From: a plasmid
Length of the DNA stretch: 64,000 nt
Sequence record: NZ_CP020440.2
Strand: one strand, 5' to 3'
Position numbers and translations under genes: made by a program. Under the pieces are notes generated by a model, which worked only from the letters and a program-made list of their open reading frames with translations, did no database searches and was not told the origin of the DNA. Positions within the stretch are counted from its first letter, which is position 1. Each line of letters starts with the position of its first letter. Below are positions 30,833 through 42,672 of this stretch, piece after piece.

Positions 30833-31121
30833 TTTTCCAGCCCAATGCTGAGTACCGCCGACGTGGATTGTAGAAGCCGTTGATGTATTCTACGATGGCC
30901 ATCTCGGCTTGCCGCCTGGTTGCTCATGACCGCCGCCAGATCAGCTCGGCCTTGATGGTTTTGAAGAACGTCTCGACGGCCGCATTGTCATAACAATTAC
31001 CTTTGCCGCTCATCGAGCCTTTGAAGCCATGATGGCGCAGGATCTTCTGATGGTCATGCGCGCAGTGTCGGCGACCGCGGTCGCTGTGGAAGATGCAGCC
31101 TTTGGGCGGTGTTCTGCCCAT
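30833..31121 (-). pseudogene. IS3-family transposase C-terminal fragment
   Basis: FHSDRG ... KGNCYDNAAVETFFKTIKAEL ... IVEYINGFYNPRRRHSALGWKSPVAFE: the integrase-core C-terminus of an IS3 OrfB. Truncated on both sides (by ISb copy B on the right side of the IS3). Confidence 0.7.
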
Positions 31122-31324
31122 TTCTGGTTGGGTCGATCAGCCGTGACGTCGCGATCCAGAAGGTCTGGCGCAATGTTGAACGTATGTAGGAGAGGAAATC
31201 GCGGTTGCGCGACGAGGTCCGGAAGCGGGGATCGCCGATGATCCGATAGGCCTCGGCCCGGGCGGTGGCACGCTCGATTCCCGATTCCCCGTGCATGCGG
31301 GGCCGTCCGGTGTTCACCATGGCC

Positions 31325-32100
31325 TCACCACAGTCTGCCCGGCGTCCATGGTAAGCACGTCGACGCAATCCGACGGAATAGTTGACACCATGGCGCCCCC
31401 GGCAGGGCCGGCGACGGCGTCCTACCAGAAAGCGTACCCATCGTGCCAGCCGTAGCCGAACCAATAGCGCTGGCGGCGGAGGCGGATGGGGCCTGACGGG
31501 ACCCAGCGGGCGCGCCGTGATACGCCCCTGCCCCCTGCCCTTCGCGCCAGACGCAGCGGAACCCCAGATACGAGGTCGAGGTGTCCACCGCCCCGGCATG
31601 CCGGGCGTCGGGGCGATAGCGCCGGCAATGGCTGGGCGCGCACAGGTGCGAGCCGCCCTTGATGACCCGGCGCGGGATGCGCACCCGAGGCGGATCGTGC
31701 TTGTCTCGGCCCGGCCACCGCGCGGATTCTGCGGGATGCAGCAGGCCCTGGCGGCATCGACCGGATGGCTCGCGGCGTAAAAGTCCTGGGTCCATTCCCA
31801 GACAGTGCCGATCATGTCGTGGATGCCGTGGCCGTTCGGGGGCAAGGCCGTCACGGGCGAGGCGCGCTCGCGGCCGTCCGGGGCCAGGTTCTCGTTGGGA
31901 AAGGCGCCCGCCGCCCGGCCCCGGTTCGTCGCCCCGGGCAAATTCGGCACAGTCCAGGCCGATTTTGCGGTGCCACTGACGAAGGGTTGCCGAAAGGTCG
32001 TGCGCGGGATCATGGTTCGGTTGTCGCGCAGGGAAATTGGGATCTCCGGCTGACGCAAGGCCGCACGGGCGTCACCGCAGGCGCTTTGCCGCGCCCGCCG
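31325..32100 (-). pseudogene. formylglycine-generating enzyme (FGE/SUMF1) family gene, multiply frameshifted
   Basis: The motifs GIHDMIGTVWEWTQDFY and RVIKGGSHLCAPSHCRRYRPDARHA ... TSTSYLGFRCV lie in different frames of the minus strand. Confidence 0.6.
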
Positions 32101-32491
32101 GAATGATGACGACCTCTCCGTTCTGGATGTTGCGTTGCGCGACAAGGTGGTCGGCGAAATGCCGGACCTCGCCGATGCTGCCTTTCAGGATCGACACCTC
32201 AAGACACTGATCCTGATCCAGATGCACATGCATGGAGGATATGGTCAGGTCGTGGTGGTCGTGATGCGTGGCCGTGACCTTGCGCGCGACCTCGCGCGCC
32301 TGGTGGTCGTAGGTATAGACCACCGCCGCCACGCAGGGGGCATCGGGCGTCGCGTCCGCCCGCAGCCGCGCCAGACCGGCCCGCGTCAGGTCGCGGATCG
32401 CCTCTGATCGGTTGGCATAGCCGCCATCGGCCATCAGCCGATCCAGTTCCGCCATCAGATCGTCGTCGAGGGTGACCGTGACCCGCTGCAT
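32072..32491 (-). CDS. nikR: nickel-responsive transcriptional regulator NikR
   Basis: MQRVTVTLDDDLMAELD ribbon-helix-helix N-terminus, and a C-terminal nickel-binding domain with the His/Cys cluster (HHDHHDL ... HVHLDQDQC). The track ORF is 5'-extended to 32644. Confidence 0.85.
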   Translation of the reverse strand: MQRVTVTLDDDLMAELDRLMADGGYANRSEAIRDLTRAGLARLRADATPDAPCVAAVVYTYDHQAREVARKVTATHHDHHDLTISSMHVHLDQDQCLEVSILKGSIGEVRHFADHLVAQRNIQNGEVVIIPAGAAKRLR

Positions 32492-32612
32492 CGTCCCGCC
32501 TCCTGCCCGGAAGCAGGCCTGTCGATCCTGCACCCGCCGCCCCTTCCCGCCAAACTGCCCGAGCGCCGGCCGGGAGGCAAGTGCTTGACTTGGTGCGCCA
32601 TCCGCGCCGATA

Positions 32613-32640
32613 GTATGCGAAATTTTCATATTCGTCATAC
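32613..32640. promoter_or_regulatory. NikR operator GTATGC-N16-TCATAC in the nikA promoter
   Basis: Matches the E. coli NikR palindrome GTATGA-N16-TCATAC in 11 of 12 half-site positions with the exact spacing. Overlaps a sigma-70-like TTGACT (32585-32590) plus a -10-like TAGTAT. Confidence 0.7.
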
Positions 32641-32658
32641 CCAACCAAGGGCCTCCTC

Positions 32659-34197
32659 ATGACGGTGATCCGAACCGCCCTGGCAATCCTTCTGGCATCG
32701 GCCGCCCTGGCCCATGCCAAGACGCCGGATCTGGTCCTGGCGATCGGCGGCGAGCCCGAGACCGGCTTCGATCCCCTGCTGGGGTGGGGCGGCTATGGCA
32801 ACCCGCTGTTCCAGTCGACCCTGCTGAAGCGTGGGCTGGACCTGTCGACCCAGGCCGACCTGGCCACGGACTGGACATTGTCCCAGGACCGGCTGACCTG
32901 GACGGTGACGATCCGCAGGGACGCAAAATTCTCGGACGGCACGCCCGTGACCGCCAGGGACGTGGCCTTCACCTTCAACACCGCCAAGACCTCGGCCGGG
33001 GCAGTGGACCTGCAGGTGATGACCGGGGCCGAGGCCATCGACGACGATACGGTCAGGATCACGCTGGAAAAGCCTTGGATCACCTTTGTCGAGGCGTTCT
33101 ATACGCTTGGTATCGTGCCGGCGGCATCCTACGGCCCGGACTACGGCCGCAATCCGGTGGGATCGGGCCCGTTCAGAATGGTGTCCTGGGCCGAGGGCGA
33201 ACAGCTGATCGTCGTCCCGAACGAAACCTATTACGGCCCCCCCTCGCCTTTCGGCCAGATCACCTTCCTTTTCACCGGCGAGGATGCCGGGCTGGCGGCG
33301 GCGAAGGCGGGCGTGGCGCAGATGGTCTCGGTCCCCGCGCAACTGGCCGACGCGATCCCGCCGGGGTTCCATGCCGTTCCGGTCAAGACCGTGGACAACC
33401 GGGGCCTGAGCCTGCCGTTCGGCCCGCCGGCCGAGGTTGACGGCCGGAGGGTCGGCAACGCCGTCACTGCGGATCCCGCGATCCGCCGCGCAATCAACCT
33501 TGGCCTTGACCGCGACCTGGTGGTCGAGGTGGCGCTGCATGGCCACGGCACCCCGGCCTTCGGTCCGGCGGACGGCTTGCCCTGGGCGGGCACGGACGAT
33601 TGCACCGCCTTTGACCTGGACGCGGCCAAGGCGGTGCTGGATCAGGCCGGCTGGGTGCCCGGCCCGGATGGCGTCCGCGTCCGGGACGGACTGCGCGCGA
33701 GCTTTCCGATCCACTATCCGTCCTCGGACGCGACCCGGCAGGCCCTGGCGGAAATCGTGGCCGAGCTGCTGCGCCCCCTGGGAATCGAGGCGATGCCGGT
33801 CGGCAGCAGCTGGGACGCCATCCAGCGGGTGATGCACGCCGAGCCGGTTGTGTTCGGATTCGGCAGCCATTCGCCCTATCAGCTTTACAGCCTGTTCGCC
33901 TCGCGCATGGCGGGGGTGAAATGGGCGAACCCGTCCTATTACAGCAACCCCCAGGTCGATGCGCTGTTCGAGAGGGCGCAGGCGGCGGACAGCCTCGAGG
34001 CCTCGTTCCCGCTGTGGTCGCAGGCAGCCGAGGCTTATGGGCTGAAGGGGGACAATGCCTGGGCCTGGCTGGTCAACCTGGATCATGTCTATCTGGTCAG
34101 CGACTGCCTGGACCTGGGCCAGACCCAGATCGAGCCGCATGGCCACGGCTGGCCGATCACCGCCTCGCTTGCGCAGTGGCGCTGGACCTGCGACTAG
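32659..34197 (+). CDS. nikA: nickel ABC transporter periplasmic substrate-binding protein (SBP family 5)
   Basis: Signal peptide followed by a 512-aa family-5 binding protein. Preceded by the NikR operator. Confidence 0.75.
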   Translation: MTVIRTALAILLASAALAHAKTPDLVLAIGGEPETGFDPLLGWGGYGNPLFQSTLLKRGLDLSTQADLATDWTLSQDRLTWTVTIRRDAKFSDGTPVTARDVAFTFNTAKTSAGAVDLQVMTGAEAIDDDTVRITLEKPWITFVEAFYTLGIVPAASYGPDYGRNPVGSGPFRMVSWAEGEQLIVVPNETYYGPPSPFGQITFLFTGEDAGLAAAKAGVAQMVSVPAQLADAIPPGFHAVPVKTVDNRGLSLPFGPPAEVDGRRVGNAVTADPAIRRAINLGLDRDLVVEVALHGHGTPAFGPADGLPWAGTDDCTAFDLDAAKAVLDQAGWVPGPDGVRVRDGLRASFPIHYPSSDATRQALAEIVAELLRPLGIEAMPVGSSWDAIQRVMHAEPVVFGFGSHSPYQLYSLFASRMAGVKWANPSYYSNPQVDALFERAQAADSLEASFPLWSQAAEAYGLKGDNAWAWLVNLDHVYLVSDCLDLGQTQIEPHGHGWPITASLAQWRWTCD

Positions 34198-35163
34198 GTG
34201 CGGCTGATGCGCACCCTTGTCCGGCAGGTGGCGCTGCTTGCGATGGTGTCTGTCGCGGTGTTCCTGCTGATGAAGGCGTCGCCCGTGGATCCGGTCGATG
34301 CCTATCTGGGGCCGGCCATGGCCCATGTCGGTCCCGATAAGCGGGCACAGATCGCGGCAAGCTGGGGGCTGGACCGGCCGGTGCATGAACAGTTTCTGGC
34401 CTGGGCGGGGCATGTGCTGAGGGGGGACCTGGGCTTCAGCACCACCTATAACGCGCCGGTGGCGCAGGTGATGGGCGACCGGATCGGCGCGTCCCTTGCG
34501 CTGACCGGGCTGGCCTGGCTGCTGTCGGGGGCATTCGGCTTTGCGCTGGGGCTTGTCGCGGCGGCGCGGGCGGGCGGCGCGCTGGACCGGACGATCCGGG
34601 TCTATTGCTATGTCCTGGCCGCGACGCCGACCTTCTGGCTCGCGATGCTGATGCTGACGGCGTTTTCCGTCCGGCTGGGCTGGACCCCGATCTGCTGCGC
34701 GGGCCCGGTTGGTGTGCCGCCCGACCAGATCGGGTTCTGGGACAGGCTGCATCACCTGATCCTGCCTCTGGCGGCGCTGACCCTGTTCGGCGTGGCGCAG
34801 ATCGCCCTGCACACCAGGGTCAAGATGATCGAGGTCCTGGCCTCGGACTATGTGCTGCTGGCGCGCGCGCAGGGGGCGGGCCGGCTGGACATCGTGGCTC
34901 GCCACGGCATCCGCAATGCGGGCCTGCCGGCGCTGACCGTGCTGATGGCCTCGACCGGAGAGATCTTTGGCGGCTCGATCCTGGCCGAGCAGGTCTTTGC
35001 CTGGCCGGGGCTTGGCCGCGCCACGGTCGAGGCGGGCATGAAGGGCGACGTGCCCCTGCTGACCGCCATCGCCCTGCTGACGGCGCTGATCGTGTCATCG
35101 GCCAACAGGGTCGCCGATCGCATCTATCCCGTGCTCGACCCCCGGATGCGGGGAGCGACATGA
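34198..35163 (+). CDS. nikB: nickel ABC transporter permease
   Basis: DppB/NikB-type permease, 321 aa. Confidence 0.75.
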   Translation: MRLMRTLVRQVALLAMVSVAVFLLMKASPVDPVDAYLGPAMAHVGPDKRAQIAASWGLDRPVHEQFLAWAGHVLRGDLGFSTTYNAPVAQVMGDRIGASLALTGLAWLLSGAFGFALGLVAAARAGGALDRTIRVYCYVLAATPTFWLAMLMLTAFSVRLGWTPICCAGPVGVPPDQIGFWDRLHHLILPLAALTLFGVAQIALHTRVKMIEVLASDYVLLARAQGAGRLDIVARHGIRNAGLPALTVLMASTGEIFGGSILAEQVFAWPGLGRATVEAGMKGDVPLLTAIALLTALIVSSANRVADRIYPVLDPRMRGAT

Positions 35164-35972
35164 CCGGGCGCGTCCGGGCGCTGGTCCTGGGGGCGCTGTC
35201 GGCATCGCTGATCGCGGCCGTCCTTCTGTCGGCGGCGGCCTTGGGCGAGACCGGCATCCGCGCCGATTTCGCCGCGCGCAGCCTGCCCCCGGGGCCGGGT
35301 CACGTCTTCGGCACCGATCAGATGGGGCGCGACATGCTGGCGCGGTCGCTGCATGGGCTGGTGCTCAGCCTGCGGGTCGGGCTGATCGCGGCAGGACTTT
35401 CCGTGCTGCTGGCGACGCTGATCGCCATGGCCTCGGGCCTGGGGCGCCGGGCCGACCAGGCGGCGGGCTTCGTCACCGACGCGATGCTGGCCATGCCGCA
35501 CCTGATGCTGCTGATCCTGCTGTCCTTCGCTCTCGGCGGCGGCACGGGCGCCGTCATCGTCGCGGTGGCGATCAGCCACTGGCCGCGGCTGGCCCGCATC
35601 CTGCGCGCCGAACTGCTGCAGGTGCAGGCCGCGCCCTATGTCGAGACCTCGCGCGCGCTTGGCCGGTCGCGGGCCTTTGCGATCCGGCACCACATCCTGC
35701 CGCATATGGCGCCGCAGATGCTGGTGGGGTTCCTGCTGATGTTTCCGCACGCCATCCTGCACGAGGCCGGGCTGACCTTCCTGGGCTTCGGGCTGGAACC
35801 GTCGCGCCCTGCCATCGGCGTCATGCTGTCCGAGGCGATGCGCCAGATCAGCGCCGGCCGCTGGTGGCTTGCGCTGTTTCCCGGCCTGATGCTGCTGGCC
35901 ATGGTCCTGACCTTCGAGGCCCTGGGCAGCAGCCTGCGCCGCCTGACCTTCCCGCGCGAGGCGCAATGCTGA
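35160..35972 (+). CDS. nikC: nickel ABC transporter permease
   Basis: DppC/NikC-type permease. The true start MTGRVRAL overlaps the nikB stop. The track ORF from 34605 is a read-through. Confidence 0.75.
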   Translation: MTGRVRALVLGALSASLIAAVLLSAAALGETGIRADFAARSLPPGPGHVFGTDQMGRDMLARSLHGLVLSLRVGLIAAGLSVLLATLIAMASGLGRRADQAAGFVTDAMLAMPHLMLLILLSFALGGGTGAVIVAVAISHWPRLARILRAELLQVQAAPYVETSRALGRSRAFAIRHHILPHMAPQMLVGFLLMFPHAILHEAGLTFLGFGLEPSRPAIGVMLSEAMRQISAGRWWLALFPGLMLLAMVLTFEALGSSLRRLTFPREAQC

Positions 35973-36742
35973 CGATCCGCGACCTGTCCATCGGCTTTCG
36001 CCGCTACCTTGGCCTGTTCCGGCAGGATGAGGTGACGCGCCTGTCCAATGTGACGCTGGATCTGGCGGCGGGCGAGGTGCTGGCCGTCATCGGCGGGTCC
36101 GGGGCCGGCAAAAGCCTGCTGGCCCATGCGGTCCTGGGGCTGCAGCCGCCGAATGCCATCCTGCGCGGCGCCATGACGTTTCACGGACAATCGCTGATCG
36201 GTGCCTATCCAGCCGGCCTGCGCGGCCGCAGGATCGCGCTGATGCCGCAGCAGGTCAGCCATCTTGACCCGCTGGCCCGCGTCGAACGGCAGATCGCCTG
36301 GGCCGCCCGGCGCGCGGGCGGGCGGGCTCAGGCCGCCGGACAACTGGCCACGCTGGGCCTGGCGCCGGGCACGGGGCGGATGTTTCCGAACCAGCTGTCC
36401 GGGGGCATGGCGCGCCGGGTGCTGATGGCCACGGCGACCGGGGGCACGCCGGACCTGCTGATCGCGGATGAGCCGACCTCCGGGCTGGACCTCGAATGCC
36501 GCGACCGGGTGCTGCGCCTGCTGCGCGACCGGGCGACGGCCGGGGCCGCGGTCCTGCTGATCACCCACGACCTGCACGCCGCGCTGCCCTTTGCCGACCG
36601 CGTGGCGATCCTTGACGAAGGCCGCCTGTGCGGGGTCGAGGCTGCGCGGGACTTTCACGGCGACGGCACGGCGCTGACCGCTGCGCATGCCCGGCTGCTG
36701 TGGCGGGCGCTGCCGGAAAACGGGTTCCGGGTCGATGCTTGA
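35966..36742 (+). CDS. nikD: nickel ABC transporter ATP-binding protein
   Basis: Walker A GGSGAGKS, LSGGM signature, Walker B LLIADEP. Starts at MLTIRDLSIGF. Confidence 0.75.
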   Translation: MLTIRDLSIGFRRYLGLFRQDEVTRLSNVTLDLAAGEVLAVIGGSGAGKSLLAHAVLGLQPPNAILRGAMTFHGQSLIGAYPAGLRGRRIALMPQQVSHLDPLARVERQIAWAARRAGGRAQAAGQLATLGLAPGTGRMFPNQLSGGMARRVLMATATGGTPDLLIADEPTSGLDLECRDRVLRLLRDRATAGAAVLLITHDLHAALPFADRVAILDEGRLCGVEAARDFHGDGTALTAAHARLLWRALPENGFRVDA

Positions 36743-37328
36743 GGCGCGCAACCTTGCCGCCGGCTTCGGGACGATCCCGCTGTTCCAAAACGTTTCGCTG
36801 CGGCTCGAGGCGGGCCGCATCCTTGGCCTGCGGGGGCGCTCGGGGGCAGGCAAGACCACATTGGGCCGCGTGCTTGCCGGGCTGCATCCCCCGATGGCAG
36901 GCGAGGTTTTGCTGGACGGATCGCCGCTTTTGCCCAAGGGGGTACGCCCGGTTCAATACCTGCACCAGAACCCGCTGCTTGCCATGAACCCGCGCTGGCG
37001 CATCGGCCGCATCCTGGCCGAGGCCGGACGGCCCGACCCGCATCTGGCCAGGGCCTGCGGGATCAAGCCGGACTGGCTGTCGCGCTATCCGCACGAACTG
37101 TCGGGCGGCCAGGTGCAACGGATCTCGATCCTGCGGGCGCTGACGGTCCGCCCGCGCTATCTGGTCGCGGATGAAATCACCGCGCCCTTGGACCCGGCAT
37201 CGCAGGCGCGGCTTTGGCATGCGCTTTGCGACATCGCCTCGGCCCGGAGGATCGGCGTGCTTGCCATCAGCCACGACCAGGCGTTGCTGGACCGGATCTG
37301 CTGCCTGGGCCAGATGCAGGTGTCGTGA
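36735..37328 (+). CDS. nikE: nickel ABC transporter ATP-binding protein
   Basis: Walker A GRSGAGKT, LSGGQVQR signature, Walker B LVADE. Confidence 0.75.
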   Translation: MLEARNLAAGFGTIPLFQNVSLRLEAGRILGLRGRSGAGKTTLGRVLAGLHPPMAGEVLLDGSPLLPKGVRPVQYLHQNPLLAMNPRWRIGRILAEAGRPDPHLARACGIKPDWLSRYPHELSGGQVQRISILRALTVRPRYLVADEITAPLDPASQARLWHALCDIASARRIGVLAISHDQALLDRICCLGQMQVS

Positions 37329-37341
37329 CGCCCTTGGCACT

Positions 37342-38029
37342 TCAGGACTGGAACAGCCGGCTGTACTGGACTTCGTGCCAGGCGCTGACCATGGCAAGCG
37401 AGGATGCCACGTTGCCGATCTCGTCGTCGCCAAGCGTTCGGGAAACCGCTGCGGCCGCCGGAATGACTTCCGCCGCCGCGATCAGGATGCGCTGCGCGGC
37501 CGTCTGGCCCAGGGGGATAAGACGCGTCGCCGCGGCAACCTGACCCTCGGCATAGGTCCACAGCAGTCCCTCCAGCGCCTGGTGCGGCGGGACATGCCAG
37601 TGGTCGGCGGCAATGGCGAAGGCGCCCGCGAAAGACAGCTCGTCGGGCATTGTGCGGGCCGCTTCGACGTTTAGCCCGCGCAAAAGCGCCACCAGCGCCG
37701 CGCCCAGCCGCCGGTCCTCCCGCTGGAACTCTGCGCTTTCCCGCCCTGCCGCCAGCCAGGCGTCAAGCCCAAGCAGGGCGTCATGGTCCCCGGCTTGCAG
37801 CGCAAGGCACATGCGCCAGAAAAGGGCGCCGTCGAACCGGGCGAAGCTGGATTGCAGGATGCCCAGAATCCAGTCGCGGGCGTCCGCCTCGTCCTTGATC
37901 CAGCCGGCATGGACCGCGCCTTCCAGCCCGCGCGAATAGGAAAAGGCGCCGACCGGCAACCCTTGGCTGACCAGACGCAGCAGGTGCAGCGGCACCCCGG
38001 CCGAGGCGTCGTCCGCGCCGCCTGCGGCC

Positions 38030-38037
<8 letters not shown>
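37342..38037 (-). CDS. ureF: urease accessory protein UreF
   Basis: 231-aa UreF-family protein, convergent with nikE. Confidence 0.8.
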
Positions 38038-38680
<643 letters not shown>

Positions 38681-38695
38681 CGGCTCTCCCCCGGC

Positions 38696-39196
38696 CTAGC
38701 CGGCATGATGGTGGTGGTCATGATGATGGTGATGATGGGCCGGGGCCGCCTGGCCGCCGTCCGCATAGGCGCCCCGCAGCGGGCTGAAGGCGGTGGTCAC
38801 CTCGCGCACGCTGGCGCCCAGCCCTTCCAGCATCGCGCGGATCACATGGTCGCGCAGGATCAGGATGCGGTCTTCCGAAACTGCCGCCGGAAGATGCCGA
38901 TTGCCTATATGCCAGGCAATCTCGACCAGGTGGCGGGTGTCGCGCGCGGTGATTTCGTAAAGATCCTCCTCGGCCGCCTCGACCGGAACGACCGATCCGC
39001 CTTCCAGGACCAGCCCGTCGCCATGGTTCAGCACCACCGTATGCGGCAGGTCGACCAGCAGGCGCGTGCCGTCGGTCAGCGTGACGACCTTGCGGCGCAG
39101 GTGGCGGTCGTCATGGCGCAGCAACGCCCTGCCTGCGCCGGACGCACCGGCGGCCATCGTCTCGGGCGGCCGGCACACGGATATCGCACGCAACAT
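38696..39196 (-). CDS. ureE: urease accessory nickel chaperone UreE (His-rich C-terminus)
   Basis: UreE fold with the C-terminal tail HHHHHHDHHHHAG. Confidence 0.8.
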   Translation of the reverse strand: MLRAISVCRPPETMAAGASGAGRALLRHDDRHLRRKVVTLTDGTRLLVDLPHTVVLNHGDGLVLEGGSVVPVEAAEEDLYEITARDTRHLVEIAWHIGNRHLPAAVSEDRILILRDHVIRAMLEGLGASVREVTTAFSPLRGAYADGGQAAPAHHHHHHDHHHHAG

Positions 39197-39352
39197 CGTC
39201 TTCTCTCCTGCTCGAAAGACATCAGGTTCTGCCCGGAACCGTGCAGCCCCAAGGAATGGCGCGTTCCCGCATGCACGTCAAGTTCGTTCATCTATGGATT
39301 TTCCTTGCATAATTCCGGTCGCAGGTATTTCGTCCGCGCAGGAGATCTGACC

Positions 39353-40255
39353 ATGGCCGAAGCAGCCGCATCACCCACGCACGCGGAATCGACCGGGTTC
39401 TGTTTCCGCGCCAAGGCGCCCTCGTCCGCCGCGGACAAGGGTTGGCTTGGCAAGCTCGACATGCGGTTCGCGCCCCTTGCCGGCAAGACAAGGCTGGTCA
39501 GCCGCAGCCATGTCGGCCCCCTTGTCGTGCAGCGCCCCTTCCACCCCGAGACGGACGGCACGACGCATGTCTATGTGCTGCATCCCCCTGGCGGCGTCGC
39601 GGGCGGCGACCGGCTGGAACTGACCTGCGTGCTGGACGCCGGTGCCCGTACCCTGCTGACCACCCCCGGCGCCGGCAAGATCTATCGCACCGCAGGCGGG
39701 CCGGGCCGGATGACGACCGAGATCGAGGTCGGACCCGGCGCCGTCTGCGAATACCTGCCGCAGGAAACCATCCTGTTCGACGGCGCCGACGCGCGGATCG
39801 AAACCCGCGTCCGCCTGGCCCGGGACGCCACCTATCTGGGCTGGGATTTCCTGTGCCTGGGCCGGCCCGCCGCCGGAGAGGGCTTTGGCAAGGGCGCGGT
39901 CCGCCAGCGCGTCGAGGTGATCCGCGCCGGGCGGCCGATCTGGTATGAAAGGCTGGATCTGCCCGCCGGCTCACCCCATCTGCAGGCGCGGTTTTCCCTG
40001 GCCGGGCAGCCCATCGTCGCGACGATGGTCTATGCGGGGCCGATGCTTGAAGGAACCGACGAGCGGATCCGCGCGGAGGCTGGCGAGGACGCGCGGGGCG
40101 TCTTTTCGGTCAGCCAGCTCGAAGACGTCGTCGTATGTCGCTATCTTGGCGCCAGCATGACGCAGGCCAAGACACTTTTCGGCCGCGCCTGGCAGGTGCT
40201 GCGGGCCGGTCCCATGGGAAAGCGGGCCGTGGCCCCGCGTATCTGGGCAACCTGA
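39353..40255 (+). CDS. ureD: urease accessory protein UreD(UreH)
   Basis: 300-aa UreD family protein. Divergent from ureE across a 156-bp promoter region. The long upstream track ORF (from 38456) is a read-through. Confidence 0.8.
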   Translation: MAEAAASPTHAESTGFCFRAKAPSSAADKGWLGKLDMRFAPLAGKTRLVSRSHVGPLVVQRPFHPETDGTTHVYVLHPPGGVAGGDRLELTCVLDAGARTLLTTPGAGKIYRTAGGPGRMTTEIEVGPGAVCEYLPQETILFDGADARIETRVRLARDATYLGWDFLCLGRPAAGEGFGKGAVRQRVEVIRAGRPIWYERLDLPAGSPHLQARFSLAGQPIVATMVYAGPMLEGTDERIRAEAGEDARGVFSVSQLEDVVVCRYLGASMTQAKTLFGRAWQVLRAGPMGKRAVAPRIWAT

Positions 40256-40265
40256 GGAGAGATGG

Positions 40266-40568
40266 ATGGAACTGCTGCCGCGCGAAAAGGACAAGCTCCT
40301 GCTGTTCACGGCGGCCCTCCTGGCGGAGCGCCGCAAGGAAAGGGGCCTGAAGCTGAACTACCCCGAAGCCGTCGCCTATATCTCGGCCGCCATCCTGGAG
40401 GGCGCGCGCGAGGGCCGGACGGTCGCGGACCTGATGTCCTATGGCGCGACCCTGCTGACGCGGGACGATGTCATGGAGGGCGTGCCCGAGATGATCTACG
40501 ACGTTCAGGTCGAGGCGACATTCCCCGACGGCACCAAGCTTGTCACCGTCCACCACCCCATTCCCTAA
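40266..40568 (+). CDS. ureA: urease gamma subunit
   Basis: [37 protein letters not shown] canonical UreA. Confidence 0.95.
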   Translation: MELLPREKDKLLLFTAALLAERRKERGLKLNYPEAVAYISAAILEGAREGRTVADLMSYGATLLTRDDVMEGVPEMIYDVQVEATFPDGTKLVTVHHPIP

Positions 40569-40577
40569 GGCACGACC

Positions 40578-40883
40578 ATGATCCCTGGCGAATATTTCCT
40601 GTCGGACGACGAGATCGAGATCAACGCCGGACGCGACACCGTCACCCTCGAGGTGAAGAACTCCGGCGACCGCCCGGTGCAGGTCGGCTCTCACTACCAC
40701 TTCTTCGAGGTGAACGACGCGCTCGTCTTCGACCGGGACAAGGCGCGGGGCTTTCGCCTGAACATTCCGGCGGGAACCGCCGTCCGCTTCGAGCCGGGGC
40801 AGGACCGGGTCGTCGAACTGGTGGCCACTGGCGGCGCGCGCGAGATCCACGGGTTCCGCGGCCTGGTCATGGGCAAGCTTTGA
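40578..40883 (+). CDS. ureB: urease beta subunit
   Basis: MIPGEYFL ... [13 protein letters not shown] canonical UreB. Confidence 0.95.
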   Translation: MIPGEYFLSDDEIEINAGRDTVTLEVKNSGDRPVQVGSHYHFFEVNDALVFDRDKARGFRLNIPAGTAVRFEPGQDRVVELVATGGAREIHGFRGLVMGKL

Positions 40884-40896
40884 GGAAATTTCAGAC

Positions 40897-42600
40897 ATGG
40901 TGACCATTTCCCGATCCACCTATGCCGACCTTTATGGCCCGACCACGGGCGACCGCATCCGCCTGGCCGACACGGACCTGATCATCGAGATCGAGGAGGA
41001 TTACGCCATCCGCGGCGAGGAGGTGACCTTTGGCGGCGGCAAGGTCATCCGCGACGGGATGGGGCAGTCGCAGCGCGTTTCGGCCGAGACCGCCGATGTC
41101 GTCATCACCAATGCGGTGATCCTGGACCATTGGGGCATCGTCAAGGCGGACGTCGGCATCAAGGACGGCCGCATTTCGGGCATCGGCAAGGCCGGCAACC
41201 CCGATATCCAGCCGGGCGTGACCATCGTCATCGGCCCCGGCACCGACATCATCGCGGGCGAGGGCGCGATCCTGACGCCGGGCGGCATTGACAGCCATAT
41301 CCACTTCATCTGCCCGCAACAGGCCGAGGAGGCGCTGGCCAGCGGCACCACGACGCTGGTGGGCGGCGGCGCCGGGCCGACCGTCGGCACCCTTGCAACG
41401 ACCGTGACCGCCGGTCCCTGGGCCATGCACCGGATGCTCGAGGCCGCCGACGCGCTGCCGGTCAACATCGGCCTGCTGGGCAAGGGCAACGCCAGCCGGC
41501 CCGAGGGTCTGCGCGAACAGGTCCGCGCCGGCGCCTGCGGGCTGAAGCTGCACGAGGACTGGGGCACCACCCCCGCCGCCATCGACACCTGCCTGACCGT
41601 CGCCGACGAGATGGACTTCCAGGTCGCGATCCATACCGACACGCTGAACGAAAGCGGCTTCGTGCGCGACACCATCGCGGCGATGAAGGGCCGCACGATC
41701 CACAGCTTCCACACCGAGGGCGCGGGCGGCGGTCACGCGCCCGACATCATCACCGCGGCGGGCGAGGAGAACATCCTGCCCTCGTCGACCAACCCGACGC
41801 GGCCCTACACCGTCAACACGGTGGACGAGCATCTCGACATGCTGATGGTCTGCCACCATCTCAGCCCCAGCATCCCCGAGGACGTGGCCTTCGCCGAAAG
41901 CCGCATCCGCAAGGAAACCATCGCGGCCGAGGACATCCTGCACGACCTTGGCGTCTTTTCGATGATGTCGTCGGACAGCCAGGCGATGGGGCGCATCGGC
42001 GAAACCACGCTGCGCTGCTGGCAGACCGCCCACAAGATGAAGGTCCAGCGCGGCCCCCTGCCCGAGGACAGCACCCGGAACGACAATTTCCGCGCCAGAC
42101 GCTATGTCGCGAAATACACGATCAACCCGGCGATCACCCACGGCTTTGCCCATGAGATCGGCTCGATCGCCGTCGGCAAGCGGGCGGATCTGGTGCTTTG
42201 GAAACCGGCCTTCTTTGGCGTCAAGCCAAAGCTGGTGATCGTCGGCGGCATGATCGCGATGGCGCCGATGGGCGATCCCAACGCCTCGATCTCGACCCCG
42301 CAGCCGGTGCATTACCGGCCGATGTACGGCCTTTACGGACGGGCGCTGGCCTCGACGGGCGTGACCTTTGTGTCGCAGGCGGCGCTGGACGACGGGATCG
42401 GCGACAAGCTGAAGCTTGCCAAGGCGCTGTCGGCGGTGCGCGGCACGCGCAGCGTGAAGAAAAAGGACATGATCCACAACGGCTTGACTCCAAAGCTTGA
42501 AGTCGATCCCCAGACCTACCAGGTGCGGGTGAATGGCGAGATCATCACCTGCGAGCCTGCGGAAAGCCTGCCGATGGCGCAGCGCTATTTCCTGTTCTGA
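40897..42600 (+). CDS. ureC: urease alpha subunit
   Basis: Nickel-ligand motifs (IDSHIHF, carbamylated-Lys region [16 protein letters not shown]) and the mobile flap CHHL. Confidence 0.95.
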   Translation: MVTISRSTYADLYGPTTGDRIRLADTDLIIEIEEDYAIRGEEVTFGGGKVIRDGMGQSQRVSAETADVVITNAVILDHWGIVKADVGIKDGRISGIGKAGNPDIQPGVTIVIGPGTDIIAGEGAILTPGGIDSHIHFICPQQAEEALASGTTTLVGGGAGPTVGTLATTVTAGPWAMHRMLEAADALPVNIGLLGKGNASRPEGLREQVRAGACGLKLHEDWGTTPAAIDTCLTVADEMDFQVAIHTDTLNESGFVRDTIAAMKGRTIHSFHTEGAGGGHAPDIITAAGEENILPSSTNPTRPYTVNTVDEHLDMLMVCHHLSPSIPEDVAFAESRIRKETIAAEDILHDLGVFSMMSSDSQAMGRIGETTLRCWQTAHKMKVQRGPLPEDSTRNDNFRARRYVAKYTINPAITHGFAHEIGSIAVGKRADLVLWKPAFFGVKPKLVIVGGMIAMAPMGDPNASISTPQPVHYRPMYGLYGRALASTGVTFVSQAALDDGIGDKLKLAKALSAVRGTRSVKKKDMIHNGLTPKLEVDPQTYQVRVNGEIITCEPAESLPMAQRYFLF

Positions 42601-42672
42601 CCGACAGAGGCAGTCTGCGCCGACGGCACCGGCCGGTACCTGTGCCGTTGGCACATTCCAGCCTCTCCCGCC

